Of a stretch of 64,000 nucleotides of DNA, positions 36,036-48,774 are shown one piece after another; position 1 is the stretch's first letter; each line of letters starts with the position of its first letter. The notes below the pieces were generated by a model. It saw only the letters and a list, made by a program, of their open reading frames with translations. It ran no database searches and was not told where the DNA came from. The DNA comes from Chiloscyllium plagiosum (taxonomy: Eukaryota). The position numbers and the translations under genes were made by a program. The DNA lies in NCBI RefSeq assembly GCF_004010195.1, contig NC_057752.1, positions 3,335,006-3,399,005 of the forward strand. The letters run 5' to 3'.

Positions 36036-36684
36036 TTTAGCCCTCTGACATACATCTCAGCAGGCAGTGAGAGTGGGAGAGATTCCTGCTCAGCTGTGTG
36101 ACAGATGGCCTATGAATTGGAGCCCCTAGCATCACCGGCGCGTGCCTCCAGGCTGCACGAGGCGCAGGTTAGAATGTCGATTACCGGGGTGACTGAGATC
36201 TCTTCGGTGCTGGTGGGGATCCGTTGGCTGAATGACTGGCACAATTCAGTTTCAGGTTGCTTGCCTTTTCCCCATTCCGGTCTGGGGCAGGATTCGGTTT
36301 TTTTCCCCCTTGCCCTGACGCGATGCTGGAGGTCAGACCTGCGACCTGGGGGTGGAACGCGCGGAGGGGAGGTCAGCCAAGGACGGCCGTGAATTTTCGA
36401 CTGAATTTAAAAGCTGGCGGAAAAGGTGGCTGCACGCCATCGAAGGGACGGGAACCTCCCTCCACAAGCTTCCATTAACGGCAAGTGATTACCCAACTTC
36501 GAAAATGTAACAGAGGAAAGTTCGCTCCAAGGTAATGGGCCAAGTGTTAAAAACGGGATTGGTATAGTTAGGGGCTTGCAGACTTGATGGGCCAAAGGGC
36601 TTTCTTCTCTGCTGTAGACCTCTACGATTCTAGTGACCAACTTGGGAGCAGATCCCTGTGACAGCAAAGCCAGACAGATGGAGA

Positions 36685-37252
36685 AAGTTGGGAGGTCATG
36701 TTGCGGCTGTACAGGATATTAGTGAGGCTACGTTTGGAATACGGCGTGCAATTCTGGTCTCCTTCCTATCGGAAGGATGTTGTGAAACTTTGAAGGGCTC
36801 AGAAAAGACGGATGTTGCCAGGGTTGGAGGGTTTGAGCTGGGGCTGTTTTCTCTGGAGCGTCGGAGGCTGAGGGGTGACCTTATCGTGGTTTATAAAATT
36901 ATGAGGGGCATGGATAGGGTAAATAGGCAAGGGCTTTTCCCTGGGGTGGGGGAGTCCAGAACTAGAGGGCTGAGGTTTAGGGTGAGCAGGGAAAAATTTA
37001 AAAGAGACCGAAGGGGCAACTTTTTTCACACAGAGGGTAGTACGTGTATGGAATGAGCTGCCAGAGGAAGTGGTGGAGGCTGGTACAATTGCAACATTTA
37101 AGAGGCATTTGGATGGGTATATGAATGGGAAGGGTTTGGAGGGGCATGAGCCGGGTGCTGGCAGGTGGGACTTGATTGGGTTGGGATATCTGGTCGGCAT
37201 GGATCAGTTGGACCGAAGGGTCTGTTTCCGTGCAGCACATCTCTATGACTCC
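36685..37252 (+). mobile_element. HER1/CR1 LINE 3' fragment
   Basis: LGLFSLERRRLRGDLIVVYKIMRGMDRVNRQGLFP and the family tail. Confidence 0.92.
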
Positions 37253-37470
37253 AATAAGCCTCAGATATCACGGGTGATAGGATTGCCTTGGTGACAAGAA
37301 CACTGGATTCTCGAAGCAAGGCGGACAACCCATTCAAAGCGTGGCAGTCAAGGGAAACTTTGGACTGTTCGCCTCTTCATGCAGACAGGAAGTCATGGTT
37401 ACAGGGTATCATGGGATTTGTCAAGGGTTAGCCAAGTCCCAGTGTGTGCAAGATGACTCCGAAACCACGG

Positions 37471-37813
37471 GGCTGGCAGGGAAACGGGAAGAAGGCAGTT
37501 GGGAGCTGACAGGGAAACAGGAAGAGGCCGGTTGGGAGCTGGCAGAGAATCAGGAAGAGGCCGGTTGGGAGTTGGCAGGGAAATGGAAAGAATCCGGTTG
37601 GGAGCTGGCAGGGAAACAGGAAGAGGGCAGTTGGGAGCTGGCAGGGAAACAGGAAGAGGGCAGTTGGGAGCTGGCAGGGAAACAGGAAGAGGGCAGTTGG
37701 GAGCTGGCAGGGAAACAGGAAGAAGCCAGTTGGGAGCTGGCAGGGAAACAGGAAGAGGGCAGTTGGGAGCTGGCAGGGAAACAGGAAGAGGGCAGTTGGA
37801 AGCTGGCAGGGAC
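37471..37813. repeat. 33-bp minisatellite, ~10 copies
   Basis: Unit gggagctggcagggaaacaggaagagggcagtt. Confidence 0.95.
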
Positions 37814-38939
37814 AGGGAGGCAAGATACTAAAGAGTAAAGGAGACTCGCAGAGGTATTCAAATTGTTTTCTTTAAAAAAAAGGTTGGCTTCACGCCATTG
37901 GATAGATTACTGGCAGGGTTAACGTTATCTCTAGCAGCAAAAGCCCCTTCACCCATTGTAGGGGAAATCAAGTGAAATATCCCACTGCAATATCAACTAG
38001 TTATGTCTGGCAAAGGTAATAAGGGAGAAGTATATAACGATGGGCTGTAACGGTAACATGTTAAAATCAAGCTGCCATCCTGGGAGGTTGGAGACTGGTT
38101 GAAATGGCGCTTGGCCTACAACTGGTCTATTGTCAATATGCGCCTTTTAAATTGTTGCCTCTAATCCAAGACACCCACGCAATGAAGTGAGTCATACAAC
38201 AGATTTGTACTGATGAATTGGGCATTGTTTAAGTATTCAGCTACACCGTTAAATGATATGTCATAGCGTGGTGGCAAATGTGTCAGAAGAAAACAAGTCG
38301 TATAATGAAGTGGTCCAATATCCAACTGTGTGAATGAACAGAAGGACTCTGGTTTAATTCATTCGTCTGCTACCCGCTTCAGTACTTTCTCCAACTGTGG
38401 CTTCACCTTCCCCGTTCTGTGCTCTGAACGTTTTCCTGCCTTGTCATTAATCGTGACATCGCAGCTGTGTTCTTTGTACACAACGTTTACAATTTGGCCC
38501 ACCCGCAAATAATATTTCACAGGAACCCAGGAGCAATTTCCCAGCCTGCCACCGGCAGAGGAATTCTCAAAATTCCGTCTCGACTGTGTCGCGCAAATGC
38601 ATAATCACGGCGATCATTAACGCAAGCAGGAGTTATTCGAAATAACGTGCTGTCAGTACACCGCTGAATACAGAACACCAACTCGCATTCGTCCACGCTC
38701 ATTATTTTAGCAGAGTCGCCGCAGAAGGGGAGAATTCCTCTCTCGGTTATTTATCACAATCTTACAAAGCACATGCGTTCATGATAATCAAGTGTCAACA
38801 AATGCGCAGAGATGAAATCTTCGCGACAGGATTGAAATTGTGCAGAGTAACGCTGACAACAAACAGTAAGCCGTACCAAGAGTTCCTCCTGCCTGCTTTC
38901 GGAAAGCTGTTAACCTGTTTAAATGAGGCTATGTTTAAA

Positions 38940-39005
38940 CCAAGGTAGACAGGTTGGAGGAACACAGCAAACCAGGCAGCATCAGGAGGCACAGAAGTCA
39001 ACGCT
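38940..39005 (-). mobile_element. Penelope-like 3' repeat running into a gap
   Basis: gtagacagg..ggaacacagcaaaccaggcagcatcaggagg matches 33495-33550. Confidence 0.7.
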
Positions 39006-39505
39006 NNNNNNNNNNNNNNNNNNNNNNNNNNNNNNNNNNNNNNNNNNNNNNNNNNNNNNNNNNNNNNNNNNNNNNNNNNNNNNNNNNNNNNNNNNNNNNN
39101 NNNNNNNNNNNNNNNNNNNNNNNNNNNNNNNNNNNNNNNNNNNNNNNNNNNNNNNNNNNNNNNNNNNNNNNNNNNNNNNNNNNNNNNNNNNNNNNNNNNN
39201 NNNNNNNNNNNNNNNNNNNNNNNNNNNNNNNNNNNNNNNNNNNNNNNNNNNNNNNNNNNNNNNNNNNNNNNNNNNNNNNNNNNNNNNNNNNNNNNNNNNN
39301 NNNNNNNNNNNNNNNNNNNNNNNNNNNNNNNNNNNNNNNNNNNNNNNNNNNNNNNNNNNNNNNNNNNNNNNNNNNNNNNNNNNNNNNNNNNNNNNNNNNN
39401 NNNNNNNNNNNNNNNNNNNNNNNNNNNNNNNNNNNNNNNNNNNNNNNNNNNNNNNNNNNNNNNNNNNNNNNNNNNNNNNNNNNNNNNNNNNNNNNNNNNN
39501 NNNNN
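39006..39505. other. Assembly gap (500 N)
   Basis: Run of N. Confidence 1.
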
Positions 39506-39799
39506 TGAATTCACAGTTGCACGGTAAGTGGACATATTGAGAGACTAAAGTTTGCACGCAGAGTATTCATCTCACAAAAATAAATGAAGGCCGACTCCAG
39601 AATACACCAATGGACCCTATTTCAGCAGCTGCTCTAGCACAGCGAAGCAGAGAGTGAAAATGGATTTGTAATCAATATCTGGAAGACTTGTGGAAGTTTG
39701 TCTCTTTCCCCGTGCCTTCGAACTGCTTGATGACAAAACTATGTGGGGAAGAGACCATTTACAGAGAATTCGGAATTGTCAATTTTGCATGACTGATGT

Positions 39800-40388
39800 A
39801 TGTTGAGGTTGTACAGGATGTTGGTGAGGCCTTTCCTGGAATATTGTGTCCAGTTCTGGTCGCCCTGTTATAGGAAGGATATTATTAATCTGGAGAGGGT
39901 TCAGAAGAGATTTACCAGGATGTTGCCGGGTATGGAAGGTTTGAGTTATAAAGAAAGGCTGGACAGGCGGGGACGTTTTTCACTGGAGCACCGGACATTG
40001 AGGGGTGACCTTATAGAGGTCTATAAAATCACGAGGAGATTAGATAAGGTGAATGGCAGGTGTCTTTTCCCTAGGGTGAGGATGTCAAGACTGAGTTGGG
40101 GGTAGGCATAGTTTTAAGGGGAGAGAAGAAGGATTTTAAAAAGACATGAGGGGTAATTTTTATTTTACACAGAGAGCATTTCCTGTGTGGAATGAACTTG
40201 CTGAGGAAGTGGTGGATGTGGGTACAGTTACAATGTTTAAAAGACATTTGGATAAGGACATGAACAGGAAAGGGTTTGGAGGGACATGGGCCTGGAGCAG
40301 GCAGGTGGGACTAGGTTAGTTTGGGGATTATGGTCAGCACGGACTGGATGGACCGAAGGGTCTGCTTCCATGCTTTATGTCTCTATGG
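39800..40388 (+). mobile_element. CR1 LINE 3' fragment
   Basis: ORF 39800-40105 MLRLYRMLVRPFLEYCVQFWSPCYRKDII..LERVQKRFTRMLPG. Confidence 0.92.
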
Positions 40389-41375
40389 AAACAAGCCAAC
40401 ACCTAAACAGCCATAGATCATCAGGTTCCACTCTCACAATTCAAGAACTTAAAGAACTTCAAACCGCATGTGTTTTTATATTTCAGTTTGTACCACACAT
40501 CCTTCACCCTTTTCTGTTTAAACCTATTGGGCGTTCATTCGATGTCACATTTTTAACATTTTTTTCAGGGCAGTTAGGGGTAAACTTGCTCTTTCAGTCA
40601 CTCAAAAAACCTTGGTAATCGGTTTCCTATTTTCCAGTCGAATATATGTTTTACCTGAAGTGACAGTTCAAATCAAATCAAAGTGATAATTTAATTAAAA
40701 GCAGTGTGCTTAAAAAGAGATAAAAATATTCATGACTGACCAAGAAGGCATTAATAAGAGGGGAGCTGATTTCCCCCTCCCCCCTCAGCTGGTATTACAG
40801 TAATTAAAAAGGGGAAAAGCTGTAGGCAAGAGATGAGAAGCTAGATTCGTTGGGTATCTCAAACTCTGGTACATAAATCTCCTTCTGACTGTAAGAATTC
40901 GATGAAATGAGAAATTCATCTTGTTTTGCCTCACAGTAATTGCAAAACATCAAAACAATTAAGCAATAATCCGCTCCCTGTGCAGTGGAACTGTAAGGGA
41001 ATTTCACTCGCACACTGCCTATCCAATCCGTGTACTCTTGACGGGTTGCGATGATTATTTTAATTTCTCCAAATCCTGGAAGTATTGGCCTGGGGGCAGA
41101 TCGCAACCAACAGCACATCAAACCTTGTAACCCACGCTCCGTTTTTACCATTGTGGAGGTGAGTCAGGAGATTTCCGAGGATGACAATTACTCGGTTAAG
41201 CGATGGAGTCATTGAGTGGTGCAATTGATCAATAAACTTTCAATTGCTGTACCTGCATCGTTAGAAACTCCAACGATTCCTTTGAATTTGGTGTTCATCA
41301 ACACTTCCATTATATCAGGGAGTTGGCTCACCAATAGAATGTGAGAAATAAAAGCCACATGCACACCAATTTGGT

Positions 41376-41875
41376 TTTGAATTATTCTTGTCACATGTAC
41401 CGAGATACAGTGAAAAGTATTGTTTTGTGTGCTGACCATACAAATCATACCTTACATAAGTATATAAGGGCAACAGAACAGAAAACAGATATAGCTTCAC
41501 TGCTACATGGAAGATACAGAGGAAGACCAACTCTAATATATGAGAGGTCTGTTTGTAAGTCTGGTAACTGCGGGGAAGAAGCTGATCTTGAATCTGTTGG
41601 TACGTGTTTTCAAACTTTTGTATCTTCCACCCGAGGTAAGAGGTTGGAAGAGATTGTAACCGGGGTGGGAGGGGTCTTTGATGATGTTGCTGCCTTCCCG
41701 AGGCAGTGGGAAGTGTAGATGGAGCCAATGGATGGAAGGTTGGTTTGGGTGATGGACTGGGCTGTGTTCACAACTCCCTGTAGTTTGTTACAGTCCTGGG
41801 CAGAGCAGTTGCTGTACCAAGCCGTGATCCATCTGGATAGAATGCTTTCTGTGGTACATCTGTAAAAGTTGGTAC
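41376..41875 (-). mobile_element. Rex1/Babar-type LINE 3' fragment
   Basis: ORF 41610-41888 NFYRCTTESILSRWITAWYSNCSAQD..LQGVVNTAQSIT. The 3'-UTR resembles 35272-35420. Confidence 0.85.
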
Positions 41876-42422
41876 TGAACAAAAACATGGATCATTTGGT
41901 CCATTTGTTACAGGCAATATGGGGCCTGAGCAGCAACAGGGGTGAGATACAGAGTAAATGTGTAACATGGACGTGTCATCTCAATCCACTCTGAGCTGCT
42001 GCTCACGACAAAGGTTGTTTCAGGGATAAAAAAAACCCACCTTGATCTAATTCTTGATGAACAAGGTATAATGTATTGCCTGTCAGCAACTGGTTAAGGA
42101 TACCTTAATATGATCTCCATTGTTACCGAGATTTCTGGTCTGGTTCATTACACTGGGAGATACACTATGACTCAGCGGGCAGTGCCCTTGCCTCAGAATA
42201 AACAGGTTGTGCTGTCACGCACCAGCGACTCAATGATAACACCTTGGCTGACAATACTGTGGGATTGCTGCCCTGTTAAAGACGCAATCTTTCAGATGCC
42301 ATGGTGAATAGGAGCCCCTGCTGCCTTCTCACGTCACTCCAAAAGGTCACAAGACCCTGAACTGGAAGAGTGCAGGGGAGTTCGCCTCAGTGTCCTTCCA
42401 ATATTTATCCTGCAGTCAACAT

Positions 42423-42729
42423 GGGGGCGGCACGGTGGCTCAGTGGTTAGCACTGCTGCCTCACGGGACCGGGTCCGATTCCAGCCTCGGGTGACTATCT
42501 GTGTGGAGTTTGCATGTTCTCCACCGCGTCTGCATGGGTTTCCTCTGGCTGCTCCTTCCACCCAAAGATGGGCGGATTGGCTGTGCTAAATTGCCCACTG
42601 TGTCCAAGGATATGCAAGCTAGGTGGGTTAGCCTTTGTAAACGCTGGGTTACGGGGTAAGGGGGTGGGATGCTCTTTGGAAGAGTTGGTGTAAGGTCAAA
42701 TGGTGTGCTCCCACACTGTCGGGATTCTA
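42423..42729 (+). mobile_element. HE1-type SINE nested in an older Deu-like SINE remnant (about 42255-42840)
   Basis: ggcggcacggtggctcagtggttagcactgctgcctcac. The flanks rejoin as aatatttatcc..caacat / gattatctgg. Confidence 0.85.
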
Positions 42730-43497
42730 AAATGAGATTATCTGGTTGACAGCATATTGCTGTTGCTATGCATAAACTGACTGCTACGTTGCCTACATTA
42801 CTGTGGCACTGGGAGGTATGGAGACCGTGAAAGATTTTATGGGAACACAGATCTTCATTATTTTCCTCTGTCCCCTCGTGGAGTGGTGAACTGGAGACAA
42901 TGTCCTCTGCAGGTTTACACTTACTTGAAATGGACTCCTTGTTCACTTCTCAGATCTTTCTCACCACCAAAGAGCAAGCACTCGCCTCCCATCACATGGG
43001 GACTGTGTCGGGCCTCAGAGGTCAAAGATCACTGTGCTATTTATATCATTTTCTTGACGACTGAGTTTCATAACCGCGAAAACCCTACGATACGAAGATT
43101 TCATGTTGAAATATTGACTCAAATGTGTGGAAAAAAATCTCACATCTGGTTGCCGTGGATATGTCAAGTGTGCTGAGCTGCTACACAGCAGAAGTACTTG
43201 ATCTTTGACATGATTGTATTGATTTTAAGGATTTCTGCCAATGCCTAAATTTATGGGTCTTTGCCGGCAGCTTTCTTTCTTTCTTTCAGGTGGTGCCCAA
43301 GGAAACTCAAATGGATGAGATAATTCCTGTGCCAAGCACCTTCTCTCAGATGGTTTTTCAGCTCCTAAATGCGTGGACTCAGGGCAAGTTTGGCCCTCAC
43401 AGGCACTTGCCGCCCTCTGACACCTCTCCCAAATGGGCACTGACCATGTGCCAGTGTGTTGAAGGTACCTAATATATTATTTGTGTTATTACAATGG

Positions 43498-43683
43498 AGA
43501 GGCCACTCGTGGAGTACTGCGTACGGTTCTGGTCGCCCTGTGACTAAATTGGAAAGGATGCAGAAAAGATTTACCCCGGTTGTTACCAGGACGAGAGGGT
43601 TGGAGCTACAGGGAGAGGCTGGGGCTGTTTTCCCTGGAGCGTCGGAGGCTGAGGGGTGACCTTATAGAGGTTTATAAAATCAT
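43498..43683 (+). mobile_element. CR1 internal fragment
   Basis: aggccactcgtggagtactgcgtacggttctggtcgccctg..ggctgaggggtgaccttatagaggtttataaaatcat. Confidence 0.85.
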
Positions 43684-44934
43684 AATTTTCATGATGACTT
43701 CAGAATCTCATTGACCAGCAACTGCCTCATGTCCTTGCGTTTGCATCGCAGTGAAGTCTTTCATTTGGACATAAATTCCAATCCTCTCTCAAGATGGTGC
43801 ACATTTCTGACGTGGGCTCCGAACTATGCGAGGAAAAGACTCCAGAAAGTTCAGCGGTTCTCACATCGACCTCCAGCGCGAGGACTCTTGAGTTTGGTTA
43901 TTCTGTTGAATGCTCACGCAGTGAACACAATTCCTTTCGCTTAATCACAACGTGACTGATGTGACACAGATTATAAAGCAAACTCCTGTGACAGAATTTG
44001 TTACCATGATGCTTTGAGCTGATGTTATCTCCTTCAGGGTTAACATACCAGAAAGACAATAAATTATGCTCATAGCTTCTGCACAGTAAACAGAATCAAT
44101 ACCTGACGATTATTGATTCGCAATACTGCGAACCATTCAATCAACTGTAGCTTTTGCTTCATGCTGACAGGAATGGGACTCTGGGGTATCGTTCTGTCCC
44201 AAGACTGCCAGCAACAGCACTAAATGAGATGCCAACTCCTTGAAAGAGATAGAACGGCGAGATGGAATCTTGAGGAAAGTCAGAGGCCGTTTACACCAGA
44301 GAAGTTTGACAAGCTGTGTCGTGCGCTCCTCGCTGAGGGAAACCAGTCCTGAAAAGGGATGATTTTCTTGAAAGAGCCCAAGTATAGCTCACTGTACGCA
44401 CAGTTATGTCCATCATCTCATTCATGTGTATCTTAATAAACTAAATGCATCCAAATAGTTGGATGGGTCTAAGCTTTTGTGGCCCACTGTTTCCATAGAA
44501 ACCATACACACCAATGGCCATTGATGGAACAAAAAGGATTGGGGCCTTATTAACAGCTCTGCCAAAGCATGATAATTGCTTGGGATAATTAACATAATAG
44601 ATCACTGTGTTTCATTACGATTATTCACATATTCTGCTTAATTGTTATACTTAATTGCAATTTGAATGGGCTGCTGGGGTTGGCTCATTCCAACTGGTGC
44701 TGGAATACGCACTGACAGACAGACTAAAGCTCAGGGCTAACACTCCGAAGTTTGAATGGGGAATATCTTGTACAGTGCGCTGAGGGAATGGAAACTGCGC
44801 TCTGGTGTTGCATGCACCAGAGAAGGTCGACATGAAAAGTATGTTGTAAATAGAACCTGCAATTCTAAGTGTGGTGAGACACCTCATGTGGTGCAGGGAA
44901 AGAAATTTGCGCATTATATAATGTCAAATCTGAC

Positions 44935-45574
44935 TGTTAAGTATTGCTGTGGCTTTAAGAGGTTATTTTGTCCTTTTGTTTTAAAGAGAGGTTTTAAGAC
45001 AGAGGCGCCGAGCTGACTAGTTGGAAAGCCAGTAAACAGCTTGTGAGGCCTTGGTGTTTTTATAAAAAGTTGGAACAATAGAAGCAGCTTGGCTGGGCGT
45101 AGCCAGCTGTCACAGGCCAGGATTTCTAGATTTTGTTTTGGTTTTAAGCAATTGCTGTCAGAGTTGCAGTAGGGTAGAGGCTGCCAGAACTTTGAAGAAA
45201 TATAAGGTATCTTTTCCCTCTCAGTTACAGCTGCAGTTTCTCTCTGTTGCCTGGTTACCTGGGAGACAAATCTATTTTCCTGAATTTTCCTTTTTGCCAA
45301 GGGGTGTGTTTATGGGATGTTACTATACTGGAACAGTTAATTAGCAATAGTTACTGTATCTATTATTCAGTTAAGTTTTCCAATCGAGTTAAGCTATTCC
45401 AAGTTCCTCTTTCTTTTGTTTGTATTTTAATTATAACGTTTAAATAAATTATGTTTTGTTTAATGTCGAGCAGTTTGACCAAACAAATTGCATCTGGACC
45501 ACAGCACCTTAAAATAAGAAAAAGTGGCGGTTTATGCTAAAATATTTTCAGTGGGTCTGGACTGGTCCATTACA
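44935..45574 (+). mobile_element. Solo-LTR-like element
   Basis: TG..CA ends (tgtta..ttaca), internal tataaaa and aataaa, no ORF. No clear TSD seen. Confidence 0.45.
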
Positions 45575-45613
45575 AATGTAAATACACTAATTTTATAAAT
45601 AAAATTGAAAATA

Positions 45614-46230
45614 TGTAACATTAGGCTGAAAACTAGATACCACAGTTATTTTGACCACCATTTGAATTTAACCAATCAGTTTAAATTATGCCCCAGGATA
45701 CTAAAACCCAATCGAATTTGAATTTTACTGTTTTGACAACTTTGAGCCATTGAAACGATCCGATGCTTGGGGTATAAAGTAGCTGGCATTTTGAGAGTTA
45801 GCCAGTGAGAGAGTGAACGGGCATCGAGAGAGATTGCCATCCAAAACACTCTCTATCAAAGGTATCGTTTATCTTTGCAGCGAAAGACCAAAGACAACCA
45901 GGGAGATCTATAGCCAAAGGAAGACAGATGCCGACGATGACAGCCGTGGTCTAGTTTTGAAAATTAAGTGACGTAATTCTAATAGGGACTTTTGTTGGAT
46001 CAGTATACTATTATAGAGTGAGGGGTAGATAACAGACCTTTAAGAGAAAGGAGGTTTCAAGGTGTGAATAGTTGTTATTCAATGTTCACTTTTAGAGTAA
46101 AAGAATAAAATTGACATTTTTCTTTGAACAGTAGAATTTGAGGAGTTCTCTGTCACTGATATTTTAACAGATTACGAGATGAGGTGAGCTTTTCTGGGTG
46201 CTTTGTTTAATTAGCAGCAAGGTCCACTGC
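45614..46230 (+). mobile_element. Second solo-LTR-like element
   Basis: Starts tgtaaca, then ccaat boxes, ggtataaa (~45772) and aataaa (~46104) in LTR order. The 3' end is unclear next to the CR1. Confidence 0.4.
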
Positions 46231-46244
46231 TGAATCAAAGAACC

Positions 46245-46915
46245 TGACAGCACAGGAACAGGCCCTTCGGCCCTCCAAGTCTGCACCAATCCAGATCCTC
46301 TATCTAAACCTGTCACCTATTTTCTAAGGGCCTGTATCCCTCTGCTCCCTGCCCATTCATGTATCTGTCCAGATACATTTTTAATGATGCTATCATTCCC
46401 GCCCCTACCACCTCCGCAGGTACCCACTACCCTCTGCGTAAAGAACTTTCCACACATACCTCCCTAAACGTTTCCCCTGTCACCTTGAACTCATGACCCC
46501 TAGTAACTGAATCCCCCACTCTGGGAAAAAGCTTCTTGCTATCCACCCGGTCTCTACCTTTCATGATTTTGAAGGCCTCAATCAGGTCCCCCCTCAACCT
46601 CCGTCTTTCTAATGAAAATAATCCGAATCTACTCAACCTCTCCTTATAGCTAGTGCCCTCCATACCAGGCAACATCCTGGTGAACCTCCTCTGCACCCTC
46701 TCCAAAGCCTCCACATCCTTTTGGTAATGTGGCGACCAGAACTGTATGCAGTATTCCAAATGTGGCCGAACCAAAGTCTTATACAACTGTAACATGACCT
46801 GCCAACTCTTGTACTCAATACACCGTCCGATGAAGGAAATCATGCTGTATGACCATTCTATCGACCTGCATTGCACAATGGACCTGTACACCTAGATCTC
46901 TCTGTACATCAATTT
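46245..46915 (-). mobile_element. CR1 LINE 3' fragment (third subfamily)
   Basis: ORF 46427-46891 LYKTLVRPHLEYCIQFWSPHYQKDVEALERVQRRFTRMLPG. Confidence 0.92.
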
Positions 46916-47113
46916 TCCTATAAGTTATGTTGTGACAGTTATAGCATTTCCGTCAACTGCCCATACAGACTTCCTCCACAACGTGACAACCTTCTCCTCA
47001 CAACTTGCTTACCCTTTGGTTATTGAGGTCCATGCAATGCATCAAGGAAACAACTTGAAGCTGCCTACCCTCCTGTAATGCTCTGACCACTGCGTGTGTA
47101 AACCTGCACACGG

Positions 47114-47316
47114 CAAGACGAGAATAAGATTACCCAAGCTTGAGGTCCTAATTAGGCGCGTGGATATTAATCACACGGAAGTTTTTTTTTGGAAAAAGAT
47201 GTTTGAAATCGCAACAAGACGAGAATAAGATTACCCAAGCTTGAGGTACTAATTAGGCGCGTGGATATTAATCACACGGAAGTTTTTTTTTTGGAAAAAG
47301 ATGTTTGAAATCGCAA
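47114..47316. repeat. Tandem duplication of ~101 bp
   Basis: 47114-47214 and 47215-47316 differ by one substitution (gtcc/gtac) and one T in a poly-T run. Confidence 0.95.
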
Positions 47317-47999
47317 CTTGCCCCCACGACAATAGAGGAGCAGAGTGTAGCCTGTGAAATAACTCCCATTTACAAACAGAATAATTGCTGGGTTAACACT
47401 CAATTCTGTACAAATACACGATCGTGGGCAAGTGGGCACCTTCTGCGCCATTTTGCCTCTACCTTTCAGACTGCACAACCTGCTGCTGTCAGGAATCCCA
47501 CCCACTGTTCTCTCCATCTCCAAAATCCCAAAGGAGTCAACCGTTTCTACTGCAGAGACCACCTGCTCCAGCATTTAGTTTCACTCGGGATGCATCTTAT
47601 TCCGAACTAAATATCTCATGACAGCAGCTCTTCATAAAAAGACTTGAGGTGAACTGCTTTATCTGGGGAGTTTACCTGTGAGAATATATGCTGTTCAGAT
47701 GGAGTGCAGTGAGCGATGGTCGAGTTGACCCCAGTGCTCAACTTCAAAGGCAACACATACCCTAGAGGTTGGGGCCAGTGGGAGACGACCAGAAGCTAGG
47801 GATTGCTCGGATACATGAAGCTAGAGTTCTTAGTCTTGAGGAAGTGACAGGAATTAAGGGTGGTGTTTAAAATTCAGAGAGAGGTTTTTAAACAATAGTG
47901 ATAAAAGAACCAGTGGTTTCCAGTAGCAGGCGGATCACCACAGGACACATGGTTAAGGCGACTGGTAAAAGTGAGATGACAAAGCAAAAGAACAAAGAG

Positions 48000-48580
48000 C
48001 AATCCAGCCCAGGGACAGGCCCTTCGGCCCTCCAAGCCTGCACTGACACATTTTGCCCTTCCATACTAAAACTGTCTTCACTTACAGGATCCGTATCCCT
48101 CTGCTCCCTTCCTATTCATGTATTCATTCGGGCGAATGCTGCTATTGTGTCTGCTTCTACCCCCTCCTCTGGCAGCGCGTTCCAGGCACACACCACCCTT
48201 TGTGTGAAAAACCTGTCTCGCACATCTCTTTTAAACTCCCCCCCACCCGCACCTTGAACCTGTGTCCCCTAGTAATGGACCTCTCCACCCTGGGGACAAA
48301 GCCTCATACTTCCCACTCTATCCACACCTTTCACAATCTTATAAACTTCTATCAGGTCGCCCCTCAACCTCCTGCGTTTCAGTGAAAACAAACCCAGTCT
48401 ATTCAACCTTTCTTCATCGTTAAAATCCCCCCCATACCAGGCAACATCCTGGTAAACCTTTTCTGTCCCCTCTCCCAAAGCCTCCACATCCTCCTGGTAG
48501 TGTGGTGACCAGAACTGTACACGATATTCCAAGTATGGCCTGACTAAAGTTCTATAAAGCTGCAGCATAATTTGTCCATC
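48000..48580 (-). mobile_element. CR1 LINE 3' fragment
   Basis: LYRTLVRPYLEYRVQFWSPHYQEDVEAL..RRRLRGDLIEVYKIVKG in ORF 48269-48739. Confidence 0.9.
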
Positions 48581-48774
48581 CTTATGCAAACTGCTTCTTC
48601 CACTGAAGGTAGAAGAATCAAAAACAGTAATTGGAGGCGAAGCTTGAAAAACAGAGTTTCCACACGCGTGTTTTATTTTTAAAGCAAGTTTGAGAAAGCT
48701 AATTTTGAAAGGAGGGACAGATTTCAACACATGCAACATGTCTTAATGATGACCGCCCTGACCTTAACAACCTA

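Noticed and set aside
35423..36055. 210-aa ORF as a host gene
   Set aside because: It is the 5'-truncated, internally frameshifted C-terminus of a Rex1/Babar LINE ORF, with paralogous decayed copies at 41.4 and 49 kb.
37341..37861. Repeat-protein gene (WELAGKQEEGS)n
   Set aside because: Open on both strands and in several frames simply because the 33-bp unit lacks stops. No splice or homology support.
43290..43464. Plus-strand exon (strong tttctttcag acceptor, open frame VVPKETQMDE..)
   Set aside because: The donor (AAG|gtacct) is weak, the peptide is unrecognisable, the acceptor is a simple (ctt)t repeat, and no partner exons were found.
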